The translations under genes were made by a program, and so were the position numbers. From an uncultured Acidimicrobiia bacterium (GTDB lineage Bacteria; Actinomycetota; Acidimicrobiia; Spongiisociales; UBA11373), in NCBI GenBank assembly GCA_964548475.1, contig CAZJRF010000004.1, forward strand, positions 1 to 36,693: a stretch of DNA of 36,693 nt, written 5' to 3'. Position 1 is the first letter of the stretch. Every line of letters begins with the position of its first letter. The notes under the pieces were generated by a model. It was not told the DNA's origin. It saw nothing but the letters and a program-made list of their open reading frames with translations, and searched no databases. Of the stretch, positions 1-8,075 are shown piece after piece.

Positions 1-597
1 GATCAGCTGCATGTCGCCGTACTCGATGCCGTTGTGCACCATCTTGACGAAGTGGCCGGAGCCGTCGGGGCCCACCCAGTCGCAGCAAGGGGTGTCGTCA
101 TCGAGGCGGGCGGCGATGGCCTGCAGGAGGGGACGCACGAGCGGCCAGGCGGCGGCCGAGCCGCCGGGCATGATCGACGGCCCGTGGCGGGCACCCTCCT
201 CCCCGCCGGAGACGCCGGCGCCTACGTAGAGGAGCCCGCGTGCCTCGACCTCCCGCGTGCGGCGGATGGTGTCGGCGTAGTGGGAGTTCCCCCCGTCGAT
301 GATCACGTCGCCCGGTTCGAGCAGAGGCAGCAGCCCGCCGATGGTTTCGTCCACCGCCGACCCGGCCCGCACCATCAGCAGGATGCGGCGGGGCGGGGCC
401 AGCCGGGTGACCAGTTCCTGCAGGGAGTAAGCGGCGATAAGGCGGGCGCCGGCCCCCGCCCCGGAGACGAACTCCGTGGTACGGGCGGCGGTGCGGTTGT
501 AGACGGCGACGGTGAAGCCGTGGTCGTTGAGGTTCAGCGCCAGGTTGCGGCCCATGACCGCCAGGCCGATCAGGCCGATGTGGGCCGGCGCGCTCAC
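1..597 (-). CDS. gnd: 6-phosphogluconate dehydrogenase (decarboxylating), N-terminal ~199 aa; the gene continues past the left edge
   Basis: It is absent from the ORF track because it is open at the window edge. The reverse-complement translation from GTG (complement of 595-597) reads MSAPAHIGLIGLAVMGRNLALNLNDHGFTVAVYNRT...IIDGGNSHYADT...GAGVSGGEEGARHGPSIMPGG...GPDGSGHFVKMVHNGIEYGDMQLI. This contains the Rossmann GxxGxxG site and core 6PGDH motifs. It is in frame to position 1. Confidence 0.9.
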   Translation of the reverse strand, partial: MSAPAHIGLIGLAVMGRNLALNLNDHGFTVAVYNRTAARTTEFVSGAGAGARLIAAYSLQELVTRLAPPRRILLMVRAGSAVDETIGGLLPLLEPGDVIIDGGNSHYADTIRRTREVEARGLLYVGAGVSGGEEGARHGPSIMPGGSAAAWPLVRPLLQAIAARLDDDTPCCDWVGPDGSGHFVKMVHNGIEYGDMQLI

Positions 598-643
598 CGC
601 TCCTCCTGCTGGGGGGAGCCAGGGTACCCCGGTCGGAGCGCCA

Positions 644-2179
644 TCACCCGGGCAAGGGGGGGAGCGCCGGCTCGAACAGCCAGGACCGGAACAGGGAGTC
701 GAGGTCGCGCCCGCTGAGCTCCTCGGCGAGCGCGATGAAGTCGGCGGTGGTGGCGTTGCCGTAGGCGAAGCGGGCGGCCCAGGCGCGCAGGATCTGCCGG
801 GTGATCTCGTCGCCCACCTCGGCCCGCAGGGCGTGCAGGGTGAGCCCGCCCCGCAGGTAGACCGAATGGTGGAACATGTCCTCACCGGCCGCCCCCGGGT
901 CGCCGGGGAGGGGATGGGGGCCGGCCGCCAGCCAGGCGTGGCTGCCGGCCACCTCCCGCCGGTAGGCCGCGGCTCCCCGATCGTGCTCTACCCAGAGCCA
1001 CTGGGCGAAGGTGGCGAAGCCCTCGTTCAGCCAGATGTCCTGCCAGGTAGCCGGGGTGACGCTGTTCCCGAACCACTGGTGAGCCAGTTCGTGGGCCACC
1101 ACCGCCTCGCTGCCCGGCCCGCCCGGCATGGAATCGAAGACGGTCAGGAGGGCCTCGCGTCCGAACACGCACAGGGTTTGGCTCTCCAGGGCGCCGGGGA
1201 GGCCGGGGACCACCGCATGGCCGTACTCGGCGAAGGGGTAAGGGCCGAAGAGATCCACGAAGAACTCGACCATCTCTGCCACCCGGTGGAGCGGGGAGGG
1301 CGGGTCGTCGGCCAGGTCGGCGGGCAGGTAGTCGCGCACCAGGACCCCGGCGGCCGTGCCCCACTCCACCCGGGCCAGGTTACCCACCACCACGGTGGCC
1401 AGGTAGGTCGCCATGGGCCGGGGCATGTCCCAGACGAAGGTGTTCTCGCCCTCGCCGGGCAGCACTTCCACCAGCGAGCCGTTGGCGGCGACGGTGCTGC
1501 CTTCCGGGGCGGTGATGCGGAAGGTGAAGGCCGCCTTGTCGGCGGGATGGTCGTTGCAGGGCAACCAGGTGCGGGCGCCGTCGGGCTCGGCCACCACGTA
1601 GGTGAGGCCGTCGGCCTCGACCCATCCCAGCGGGAAGCCCAGCGTGTTGAGGTTGCGAGGGGTGCCGTGGTAGCCGACCGCCACCGTGAAGGTCTCGCCG
1701 GCCGGGATGAGCCCGGCCGGGTCGATCACCAGTTTGGGGCCCTCGCGCGTAGACGGGGCGTCGGTGCCGTCTACCACCGTGTGGTCGACGGTGAGCCCGA
1801 GCAGGTCGAGGCGGAAGATGTCCAGGTCGGCGGTGGCGGCGGCGGTGATCGACACCCGACCGGCCAGCGTGTTGGCGGCCGGGTCCACGGTCAGTTCCAC
1901 CAGGTAGTGCTCCACGTCGTAGCCGGGGTTGCCCAGATCCGGGAAGTAGGGGTCGCCGAGCCCCATCGCTGCGCCGGCCGGAGACGAGGTGGAAGTGGTG
2001 ATGGCGATCGTGGTGGTGGTGGTCGCCACGGTGGAGGGCGGCGCGGGGACGGACGCGGCGGTCGAAGTGGAGGAACCGGCGGCGGGCGTGGTCCAACCGC
2101 CCGGGCCGGCGTCGCTGCACGACGCTGCCCAGAGGAGGAGGACAAGGAGGAGGGCGACGCCGCGGCCCCGGTTCATCAC
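644..2179 (-). CDS. M1-family zinc aminopeptidase, predicted secreted lipoprotein
   Basis: 511-aa ORF. It carries the HEXXH-18-E zincin signature (VVAHELAHQWFGNSV...WLNEGFATF). The N-terminus MMNRGRGVALLLVLLLWAASC looks like a signal peptide with a lipobox-like AASC, followed by a Thr/Ser/Pro-rich linker. Confidence 0.85.
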   Translation of the reverse strand: MMNRGRGVALLLVLLLWAASCSDAGPGGWTTPAAGSSTSTAASVPAPPSTVATTTTTIAITTSTSSPAGAAMGLGDPYFPDLGNPGYDVEHYLVELTVDPAANTLAGRVSITAAATADLDIFRLDLLGLTVDHTVVDGTDAPSTREGPKLVIDPAGLIPAGETFTVAVGYHGTPRNLNTLGFPLGWVEADGLTYVVAEPDGARTWLPCNDHPADKAAFTFRITAPEGSTVAANGSLVEVLPGEGENTFVWDMPRPMATYLATVVVGNLARVEWGTAAGVLVRDYLPADLADDPPSPLHRVAEMVEFFVDLFGPYPFAEYGHAVVPGLPGALESQTLCVFGREALLTVFDSMPGGPGSEAVVAHELAHQWFGNSVTPATWQDIWLNEGFATFAQWLWVEHDRGAAAYRREVAGSHAWLAAGPHPLPGDPGAAGEDMFHHSVYLRGGLTLHALRAEVGDEITRQILRAWAARFAYGNATTADFIALAEELSGRDLDSLFRSWLFEPALPPLPG

Positions 2180-2275
2180 CCCAGCTTACGACCGGGTGGA
2201 GCCCGGGCACACTGCCTGTGGTCGGAAGGGGCCGATAAGCCCGCGGCCGTCGCCCGGGGCATCTATGTTGAGGGC

Positions 2276-3508
2276 GTGGAGCAAGGTGCCGACATCCTCT
2301 TCCGCCGCGCGCTGGAGGCGGCTGCCCGGGCTTTGCACGACTTGAAGGCCGATCAGATCCCCGCCGACCTGCGGCGGGTGGCCCGGCGTCCTCTTCCTCT
2401 TCCCCCGCCCCTGGCTGCTTCCTTGCTCAAGGGCCTTGATCGGTACGACTGGCTGCGGGAGAAGGCGGCGGAGGCCTGGCCAGAGGCCGACCCCGATGTG
2501 CCGGGGCCGGACCAGGCTTCCGCCCTGTTGCTGCTGCGGCCTCCCGGGTGGACGGCACAGGTGGCAGCTCTGGCGGCGGGGGTGGGAGCCGAGCAGGCGC
2601 GACGAGCGGACGATGACCTGGCCGAGCAACTGGCCAAGGCCCGCTCCGACGTCGAGGAGTCGAAGCGACGGGCACGGGCCGAGAAGGAGAAGGGCCGCCA
2701 GGCCATCCGGAAGGGGCGGGAGGAACTCGAGAAGCAACGGGCGGCCCGGCTGGCGCTGGAGAGAGCTCCCGCCCGGGCCGAGGCCGCCCACCAGGAAGCT
2801 CTCGAGCGCCTGCGGGCCGACCTGGCCGCGGTCACCAGGGAACTCGACGCCGCCCGGCGGGAGAGCCGCCGTTGCCGCGAAGAACTGGCCGAGCAGCGCC
2901 GGGCCCGGGCGGCGGCCGAGGCGCAGGTGGTGGAGACGGCGCCGGTGCCCACCTGGAGTGGCGATCCCCTGGAACTGGCCGTGTACCTGGATCGCACGGC
3001 CGCGATGGCCCGTCCCCCGGCACCGGGCGGGCAGCCCGCCGGGGTGAGCGGGGCGGCGCCCAGCTTGCGGCTGCCCCGGCGCATCCATCCCGACAAGCGG
3101 GAGGCGGTCGACTGGCTGGTGGCCCGCGGCGAAGCGACCACGGTCATCGTGGACGGGTACAACCTGGCGTTCACGCTGGCCGGGCGCGGCCAACCGGCGG
3201 TGGGCCGGGAGCGAGCCTTGATGCTGCTGGACCGGGTGCGGCGGGTGGCCCGGGGAGCGCTGCGAGTGGTGGCGGTGTTCGACTCGCGGCTGGCGATGGT
3301 GGCGGACGAGGCCCGGCCGGGACCGGTGGAGGTCCGTTTCGCGACCGGCGAGGGCGGGGCGGACGGGGAGATAATCGAGCTGGCCGGCGAGCTGGCCGGG
3401 GACCGGGTGGTGGTGAGCAGCGACCGCGAGGTGCGCGACAAGGCAGAAGCAGCCGGCGCGGTCGGTCTCTGGTCGGAGGCGCTGGCCGACTGGGCCCGGC
3501 GGCGCTGA
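2276..3508 (+). CDS. NYN/YacP-like (PIN-fold) putative RNase with a long charged coiled-coil N-terminal region
   Basis: This is the 3' part of track ORF 512..3508. The upstream part of that ORF is antisense to the M1 peptidase and is not credible. The C-terminal ~150 aa (TTVIVDGYNLAF...VVAVFDS...GADGEIIELA...VVVSSDREVRDKA) resembles the YacP/Rae1-type NYN domain. It is preceded by an E/R/A-rich helical segment. The start is set at the first in-frame GTG (2276) after the divergent peptidase gene and is uncertain. Confidence 0.65.
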   Translation: MEQGADILFRRALEAAARALHDLKADQIPADLRRVARRPLPLPPPLAASLLKGLDRYDWLREKAAEAWPEADPDVPGPDQASALLLLRPPGWTAQVAALAAGVGAEQARRADDDLAEQLAKARSDVEESKRRARAEKEKGRQAIRKGREELEKQRAARLALERAPARAEAAHQEALERLRADLAAVTRELDAARRESRRCREELAEQRRARAAAEAQVVETAPVPTWSGDPLELAVYLDRTAAMARPPAPGGQPAGVSGAAPSLRLPRRIHPDKREAVDWLVARGEATTVIVDGYNLAFTLAGRGQPAVGRERALMLLDRVRRVARGALRVVAVFDSRLAMVADEARPGPVEVRFATGEGGADGEIIELAGELAGDRVVVSSDREVRDKAEAAGAVGLWSEALADWARRR

Positions 3509-3614
3509 GGCCTCGGCGGGGGCGCCGGGGCGCGAAATCTGTCACTGGCTCCTCGTAGCTTGTGTTTCGAGGCCGCCCGGTGGGCGGGCGGCTGCCGGCA
3601 GCAGTGGAGGTGCC

Positions 3615-3806
3615 ATGCTCATCGACTGCAACGAGTGCGTGCGTCAGCACACGACCGCCTGTCGCGACTGCGTGGTCACCCATCTGCTCGGCGACGCCGG
3701 GGGGCAGGTGGAGGTGTGCCCGGAGCAGGCCGAGGCGCTGAGCATCCTGGCCGAGTGCGGGCTCGTCCCCGAGCTGCGCTTGCAGCGCCGGGCGGCACAG
3801 GGCTGA
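3615..3806 (+). CDS. small (63 aa) Cys4 protein, putative zinc-ribbon/knuckle; function unknown
   Basis: The ATG is preceded by GGAGGTGCC. The sequence MLIDCNECVRQHTTACRDCVVTHLL contains CxxC-N7-CxxC. Third-position GC is high. It lies 19 nt upstream of queG on the same strand. Confidence 0.6.
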   Translation: MLIDCNECVRQHTTACRDCVVTHLLGDAGGQVEVCPEQAEALSILAECGLVPELRLQRRAAQG

Positions 3807-3825
3807 ATCACCCTACGCTGGCGGG

Positions 3826-4950
3826 GTGGAACTGCTTGCCTCCCTGCGCGCGGCGGCGGCCCGAACGGGCCCGGCCGGGCTGGAGGTGGCTTCCGCTGCC
3901 CCCTTCCCGAAGACTCACCGGGCCATCGAAGAACGGGTTGCCGCCGGGCTGCACGGAGGATTCCGGTCCACCTACCGCAACCCCGCCGCGGCGGCCGATG
4001 TGCGGGCTTCCTTCCCGTGGGCAGAGCGGCTGGTGGTCGCCTATCACGCCTACCTGCCCGCCGCCGGGTCACCGGGGCGTACCCGCCCGGGGACGGGGAG
4101 GGTGGCTCGCTTCGCCGTAGAGGACCACTACCGACCGCTGCGAGAAGCCCTGCAGGCTCTGGCCCGGTTGCTGCGCGACAGCGGCCATCAGGCCGAAGTG
4201 CTCTGTGACGACGCCCGTCTGGCAGACCGGGCGGCGGCGGTGCGGGCCGGGATCGGGTGGTGGGGGGCCAGCACCATGGTGGTGTCGCCCCGGCATGGGC
4301 CGTGGCTGCTGCTGGGCAGCGTAGTCACGGACGCTCTTTTTCCCGAGAGCACGGCGGAGAGCCAGGGCTGCGGCACGTGCACCGCGTGCCTGGCGGCTTG
4401 CCCTACAGGTGCCCTGATCGCTCCGGGGGTGTTGGATGCCCGGCGCTGCCTGTCCGCTATCACCCAGTCGCCGGGGTTCATCCCCGAAGCCTTCCGGCGA
4501 GCCCTGGGCGACCGCATCTACGGGTGCGATGCCTGCCTGGAGGCCTGCCCGCCGGGGCGGCCGCTGCTTGCGGCAACCCCGGAAGGGGCGGGGCGCATCG
4601 ACCTGGCCGGGCTGCTGGCCACCGACGACGATGGGCTGCGGCGGCGCTTCAGTCATTGGAACATCCCCCGGCGAGATCCCCGGTATCTGCGCCGCAACGC
4701 GCTGGTGGCCCTGGGCAACGCGGGGGGAACCGGGTCGGTGGCGGTGGCCGCCGGCTACCTGGGGCACGACGACGCGCTGCTGCGGGCTCACGCGGCTTGG
4801 GCGCTGGGCAGGCTGGGGGGAGTGGAAGCCCTGTCTGCGCTGCGGGCGGCCGCTGCCGGGGAAGGCGATCCGCAGGTGGCCGGGGAGATCCGCCACGCCC
4901 TGGAGAAGAAGGACGCGCCCGCCGACGATCTGGACCGGAGCACGTCCTGA
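3826..4950 (+). CDS. queG: tRNA epoxyqueuosine(34) reductase
   Basis: 374 aa with a GTG start. It has two ferredoxin-type clusters (CGTCTACLAACP and CDACLEACPP) and the central IGWWGASTMVV...GPWLLLG block. The C-terminus has HEAT-like repeats (ALVALGNAG...AHAAWALGRLGG), as in QueG. Confidence 0.85.
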   Translation: MELLASLRAAAARTGPAGLEVASAAPFPKTHRAIEERVAAGLHGGFRSTYRNPAAAADVRASFPWAERLVVAYHAYLPAAGSPGRTRPGTGRVARFAVEDHYRPLREALQALARLLRDSGHQAEVLCDDARLADRAAAVRAGIGWWGASTMVVSPRHGPWLLLGSVVTDALFPESTAESQGCGTCTACLAACPTGALIAPGVLDARRCLSAITQSPGFIPEAFRRALGDRIYGCDACLEACPPGRPLLAATPEGAGRIDLAGLLATDDDGLRRRFSHWNIPRRDPRYLRRNALVALGNAGGTGSVAVAAGYLGHDDALLRAHAAWALGRLGGVEALSALRAAAAGEGDPQVAGEIRHALEKKDAPADDLDRSTS

Positions 4951-5693
4951 TGCTGCTGGTGGCCGACGTGCACGGATCCAACCGGGCCCTCGCCCGGCTG
5001 GCTCGCTCGGGCGAGCCTCTGCTGGTGCTGGGGGATCTCCTCGACCTGTTCGACTACCGCACCGGCAAGGGGTTGATGGCCGAGCTGGTGGGCCGGGAGC
5101 TGGTTCTGGAGTTCGTGCGCCTGCGGGAGCACGGTGAGGGGGCGGCCGCCCGGGCGGTCTGGCGTTCATTCGAGGAGGAGCACGCCGAGGAAATGGGGGC
5201 CGGGTTCGACCGCATGGTGCAGGCCGGGTATGCGGAAGTGGCCGAGGCCCTGGCGGGGGCGGAGGCCTACGTCACCTTTGGGAATGCCGACCAGCCGGAC
5301 CTACTGCGGCGCAGCTTGCCTCCCGGTGTGCGCTTTGTGGACGGTGAGGTAGTCGAGATCGAGGGCCTCCGGGTGGGTTTCGCCGGCGGGGGCCTGACCT
5401 ACCCGGGCCGGGTGGGAGAGGATGAGCTGGCCGCCAAGCTGGACGGGCTGGGCCCGGTGGACGTGCTCTGCACCCACGTCCCGCCCGCCGTCTCTCCTCT
5501 CGGCCGGGATGTGATCAGCGGGCGCGCCAAGCAATCGCCGGCCGTGCTTGAGTATCTGTTGGCCCACCGTCCCCGGTGGCACTACTTCGGGGATGTCCAC
5601 CAGCCGCAGGCGGTCTCGTGGCGGGTGGGGAAGACGCTGTGCCGCAACGTGGGGCACTTCCGGGCGACCGGCCGGGCGGTGCGCCATGGGTGA
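4950..5693 (+). CDS. calcineurin-like metallophosphoesterase
   Basis: This is the internal ATG of track ORF 4257..5693. It overlaps the queG stop by 1 nt (TGATG). Motifs present are LLVADVHGS (DxH), LVLGDLLD (GD), TFGNAD, LCTHVPP and YFGDVHQP. Confidence 0.75.
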   Translation: MLLVADVHGSNRALARLARSGEPLLVLGDLLDLFDYRTGKGLMAELVGRELVLEFVRLREHGEGAAARAVWRSFEEEHAEEMGAGFDRMVQAGYAEVAEALAGAEAYVTFGNADQPDLLRRSLPPGVRFVDGEVVEIEGLRVGFAGGGLTYPGRVGEDELAAKLDGLGPVDVLCTHVPPAVSPLGRDVISGRAKQSPAVLEYLLAHRPRWHYFGDVHQPQAVSWRVGKTLCRNVGHFRATGRAVRHG

Positions 5694-6426
5694 CATCGAC
5701 CTGGACCGGCTGGCGGCCGGCTATGCGCACCGCCGCACCAGCCAAGAGTCGAAGCGGCGAGCGGCGGCCGCGGCCATGGGCGCCGGTTTGGGGCCGGGGG
5801 CGGTGGCGGTGGATGTGGGCGGAGGCCGGGGTGATCACGCGGCGGTGCTGGCAGAGGGCGGCGCCCTGGCCCTGGTGGTGGACCGCTCCCCGGCGATGGC
5901 CCGGGCCTGCCGTGAGCGCGGGCTCCCGGCCCTGATCGGGGATGGGTGCCGGTTGCCCCTGGCCGGGGCCACGGCCGACCTGGTCTACTTCCATCTCTCA
6001 CTCCATTACGGGGGCTGGGAGACGATGCTGGCCGAGGCGGCCCGGGTCGCCCGCCCCGGGGGGCTGGTGATGGCCTGGACGTTCTCCCGGGAGCACTTTC
6101 GCCACAGCTTCCTGGCGCGCTTCTTCCCCTCGATCGTCCACATCGACGAGGCCCGCTTCCCGGACCCGGACCTGTTGGGCGCCCGGTTGCGGGCGCTGGG
6201 ACTGGAGCAGGTGACTCGGGTGACCGAGATCGAGACGGTGAGGCGCCGTGTCGAGGACTGGATGGTCGCGGTGCGGGCGGGGTTCGTCAGCACTCTGCAA
6301 CTGCTCGACCCCGCCGAGATGGAGACGGGGCTGGCCCGCTTCCGACAGGAGCACCCCGACCCGGAGGAGATACTGCACTACCGGCTCTGGTGGCGGGGCG
6401 TGTCGGGCCGCCGGCCCGCCGGGTAA
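5686..6426 (+). CDS. class I SAM-dependent methyltransferase
   Basis: The ATG at 5686 overlaps the previous gene by 8 nt (ATGGGTGA). It has SAM motif I AVDVGGGRGDH, an acidic loop VVDRSPAM, and post-I/II motifs ADLVYFHLSLHY...ARPGGLVM (Methyltransf_11-like). Confidence 0.75.
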   Translation: MGDIDLDRLAAGYAHRRTSQESKRRAAAAAMGAGLGPGAVAVDVGGGRGDHAAVLAEGGALALVVDRSPAMARACRERGLPALIGDGCRLPLAGATADLVYFHLSLHYGGWETMLAEAARVARPGGLVMAWTFSREHFRHSFLARFFPSIVHIDEARFPDPDLLGARLRALGLEQVTRVTEIETVRRRVEDWMVAVRAGFVSTLQLLDPAEMETGLARFRQEHPDPEEILHYRLWWRGVSGRRPAG

Positions 6427-6453
6427 GGCACCGGCGGCCGGTCCGGAGAAGCG

Positions 6454-6479
6454 GGAGGCCCGCCGGGGGGCGGGCCTCC
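6454..6479. terminator. GC-rich perfect hairpin between convergent genes (candidate bidirectional terminator)
   Basis: GGAGGCCCGCC-gggg-GGCGGGCCTCC forms an 11-bp perfect stem with a 4-nt loop. It lies between the methyltransferase stop (6426) and the hsp20 stop (6505). There is no U-tract, which is common in high-GC genomes. Confidence 0.55.
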
Positions 6480-6504
6480 ACAGGTGGGCATGCTGAGGGA
6501 GGGG

Positions 6505-6918
6505 TCAGGAGGCGACGCCCACCTTGACCTTGCGGGGCAGGACCTCAGGCCGGCGGGGGACGGTCACCGTCAGGATACCGTCCTCGGCCTTGGCGGTGAT
6601 CTCGTCGGCGTTCAGGCCCTCGGGGAGGACCAGGGTGCGCTTGAACTCACCCACGAAGATTTCCCGGCGGTGGTAGCCGCCCTGCTCGGTGGTCTCCTCG
6701 AACTGGCGCTTGCCGCTGATGGTGAGGGTGCGGTCTTCCATGGTGACATCGACATCCTCGGGCTTCACCCCGGGGACCTCGACCCGGATGACGAGCTCCT
6801 TCTCCCGGTCGAACGCGTCGATGCGGGGAGCCCAGGTCGGCGTGGCGGTGACGCCGCGCTCGAAGAGACGATCCATCTCGCTGAGGAACGAGAACGGGTC
6901 AAAACGGACCAGATCCAT
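6505..6918 (-). CDS. hsp20: Hsp20/alpha-crystallin family small heat-shock protein
   Basis: It has an alpha-crystallin domain (PRIDAFDREKELVIRVEVPGVKPEDVDVTMEDRTLTISGKR...GEFKRTLVLPEGL...AEDGILTVTVP). The start is trimmed from the track start (6951) to the ATG of MDLVRFDPF, because GGAGGCCTGAGC-ATG supplies a good SD there. Confidence 0.9.
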   Translation of the reverse strand: MDLVRFDPFSFLSEMDRLFERGVTATPTWAPRIDAFDREKELVIRVEVPGVKPEDVDVTMEDRTLTISGKRQFEETTEQGGYHRREIFVGEFKRTLVLPEGLNADEITAKAEDGILTVTVPRRPEVLPRKVKVGVAS

Positions 6919-7148
6919 GCTCAGGCCTCCTTTTCTTGCTGTCTGTACCACATCATATACACAAACCTACCATATAGCGACTTATATTCCCAGATGGTAT
7001 GCAGATGAGGTTTATCCCTGAGGCCTTCGCGAGGGCTGACAGATTGCAGTGATCACCGCTTCCGGGACCCCCGGGGCGTCGGTGGTCACAAGGGAAGGAT
7101 CCGACCCTCTCCGCGTAGGCTGTTCCCTGCAATGAGGAGGGCACCCGA

Positions 7149-8075
7149 GTGGCAGTGATCGCGGTGGACTGCGGCGGCAGCAACGTGACCTTCGCTCGCG
7201 TCGAGGCGCCCGCGCAGGCCGAGCCGGCGGGGAAGATCGCGACTCCCCGCGAGGCGGCGGCCATCCCGGCGGTGGTGGCCCGAGCCGTGACGCCGTTGGT
7301 GGACGGGACGGTGACGGCGATCGGGATCGGGGCGGCCGGACTGGTGGACGGCCCGCGGGGCCGGCTGGTCTGGAGCCCTCACTCGGCCGGAGGGGGCGTA
7401 GACCTGGCGGGTGAGGTGGAGGCGGCGACGGGTCGGCGGGTGCTGGTGGACAACGACGCCAACCTGGCCGCCCTCGCGGAGGCGCGCCTGGGGGCGGGCG
7501 CCGGATACCGTATGGTGCTGCTGGTCGCGCTCGGGACCGGCATCGGCGGGGGCCTGGTGGTGGAGGGCAGGGTGGAGCGGGGCCGCGGCTTCCTGGGCGA
7601 GGTGGGGCACATGATGTTGGACCCGGCGGGGCCCGTATGCGCCTGCGGCCGCCGCGGCTGTTGGGAAGCGCTGGTGTCGGGCACCGCCCTGGGCCGGGCC
7701 GCCCAGGAGTTGGCCGCCATCGAACCGGGGGGACTGGTGGCCCGGGCCGCGGCCGGCGAAAACCCGCGCGGCGAGCATCTGAGCGAGGCGGCGCAAACGG
7801 GTGATCCGGCCGCCGTGGCCCGGTTGGCCGGGGCGGGGGAGTGGCTGGGGCGGGGGCTGGCCAACCTGGTGGCGGCACTCGACCCCGACGTGATCGTGCT
7901 GGGGGGAGCGGCAGCCGGGGCCGGAGAGCTGCTGCTGGGCCCGGCTCGATCGACTCTGGCCGCCTCCCTCCCGGGAACGGGGTACCGTTTCCCCACGCCG
8001 GTGGTGACCGCCCGGTTCGGCACGCGGGCCGGGCTGGTGGGAGCGGCTCTGGCGGCGCAGGAGAAGCGATGGTGA
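7149..8075 (+). CDS. ROK-family sugar kinase (glucokinase-like)
   Basis: 308 aa. The GTG start is preceded by AGGAGGG. The N-terminal ATPase motif is IAVDCGGSN. It has the ROK signature LVDNDANLAALAE...GTGIGGG and the zinc motif GHMMLDPAGPVCACGRRGCWE. Confidence 0.85.
   Translation: MAVIAVDCGGSNVTFARVEAPAQAEPAGKIATPREAAAIPAVVARAVTPLVDGTVTAIGIGAAGLVDGPRGRLVWSPHSAGGGVDLAGEVEAATGRRVLVDNDANLAALAEARLGAGAGYRMVLLVALGTGIGGGLVVEGRVERGRGFLGEVGHMMLDPAGPVCACGRRGCWEALVSGTALGRAAQELAAIEPGGLVARAAAGENPRGEHLSEAAQTGDPAAVARLAGAGEWLGRGLANLVAALDPDVIVLGGAAAGAGELLLGPARSTLAASLPGTGYRFPTPVVTARFGTRAGLVGAALAAQEKRW

Noticed and set aside
512-3508. A 998-aa ORF, the longest in the left part of the window
   Set aside because: Its first ~590 codons are antisense to the well-supported M1 peptidase gene (644..2179). 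They translate to Gly/Arg/Pro/Ala-rich low-complexity sequence typical of off-frame ORFs in very GC-rich DNA. Only the 3' third (from ~2276) shows a real domain.
3572-3592. A GC hairpin (GCCGCCCG-gtggg-CGGGCGGC) between the NYN gene and the Cys4 ORF, as a terminator or riboswitch element
   Set aside because: It is short, has no U-tract and has no flanking conserved-looking structure. Hairpins like this arise readily in GC-rich spacers, so I did not call it as a feature.
6919-7148. Search for CIRCE (TTAGCACTC-N9-GAGTGCTAA) or HAIR (CTTGAGT-N7-ACTCAAG) heat-shock operators upstream of hsp20
   Set aside because: Neither consensus is present, nor a near match. Only a different weak inverted repeat is present, and that is reported separately at low confidence.
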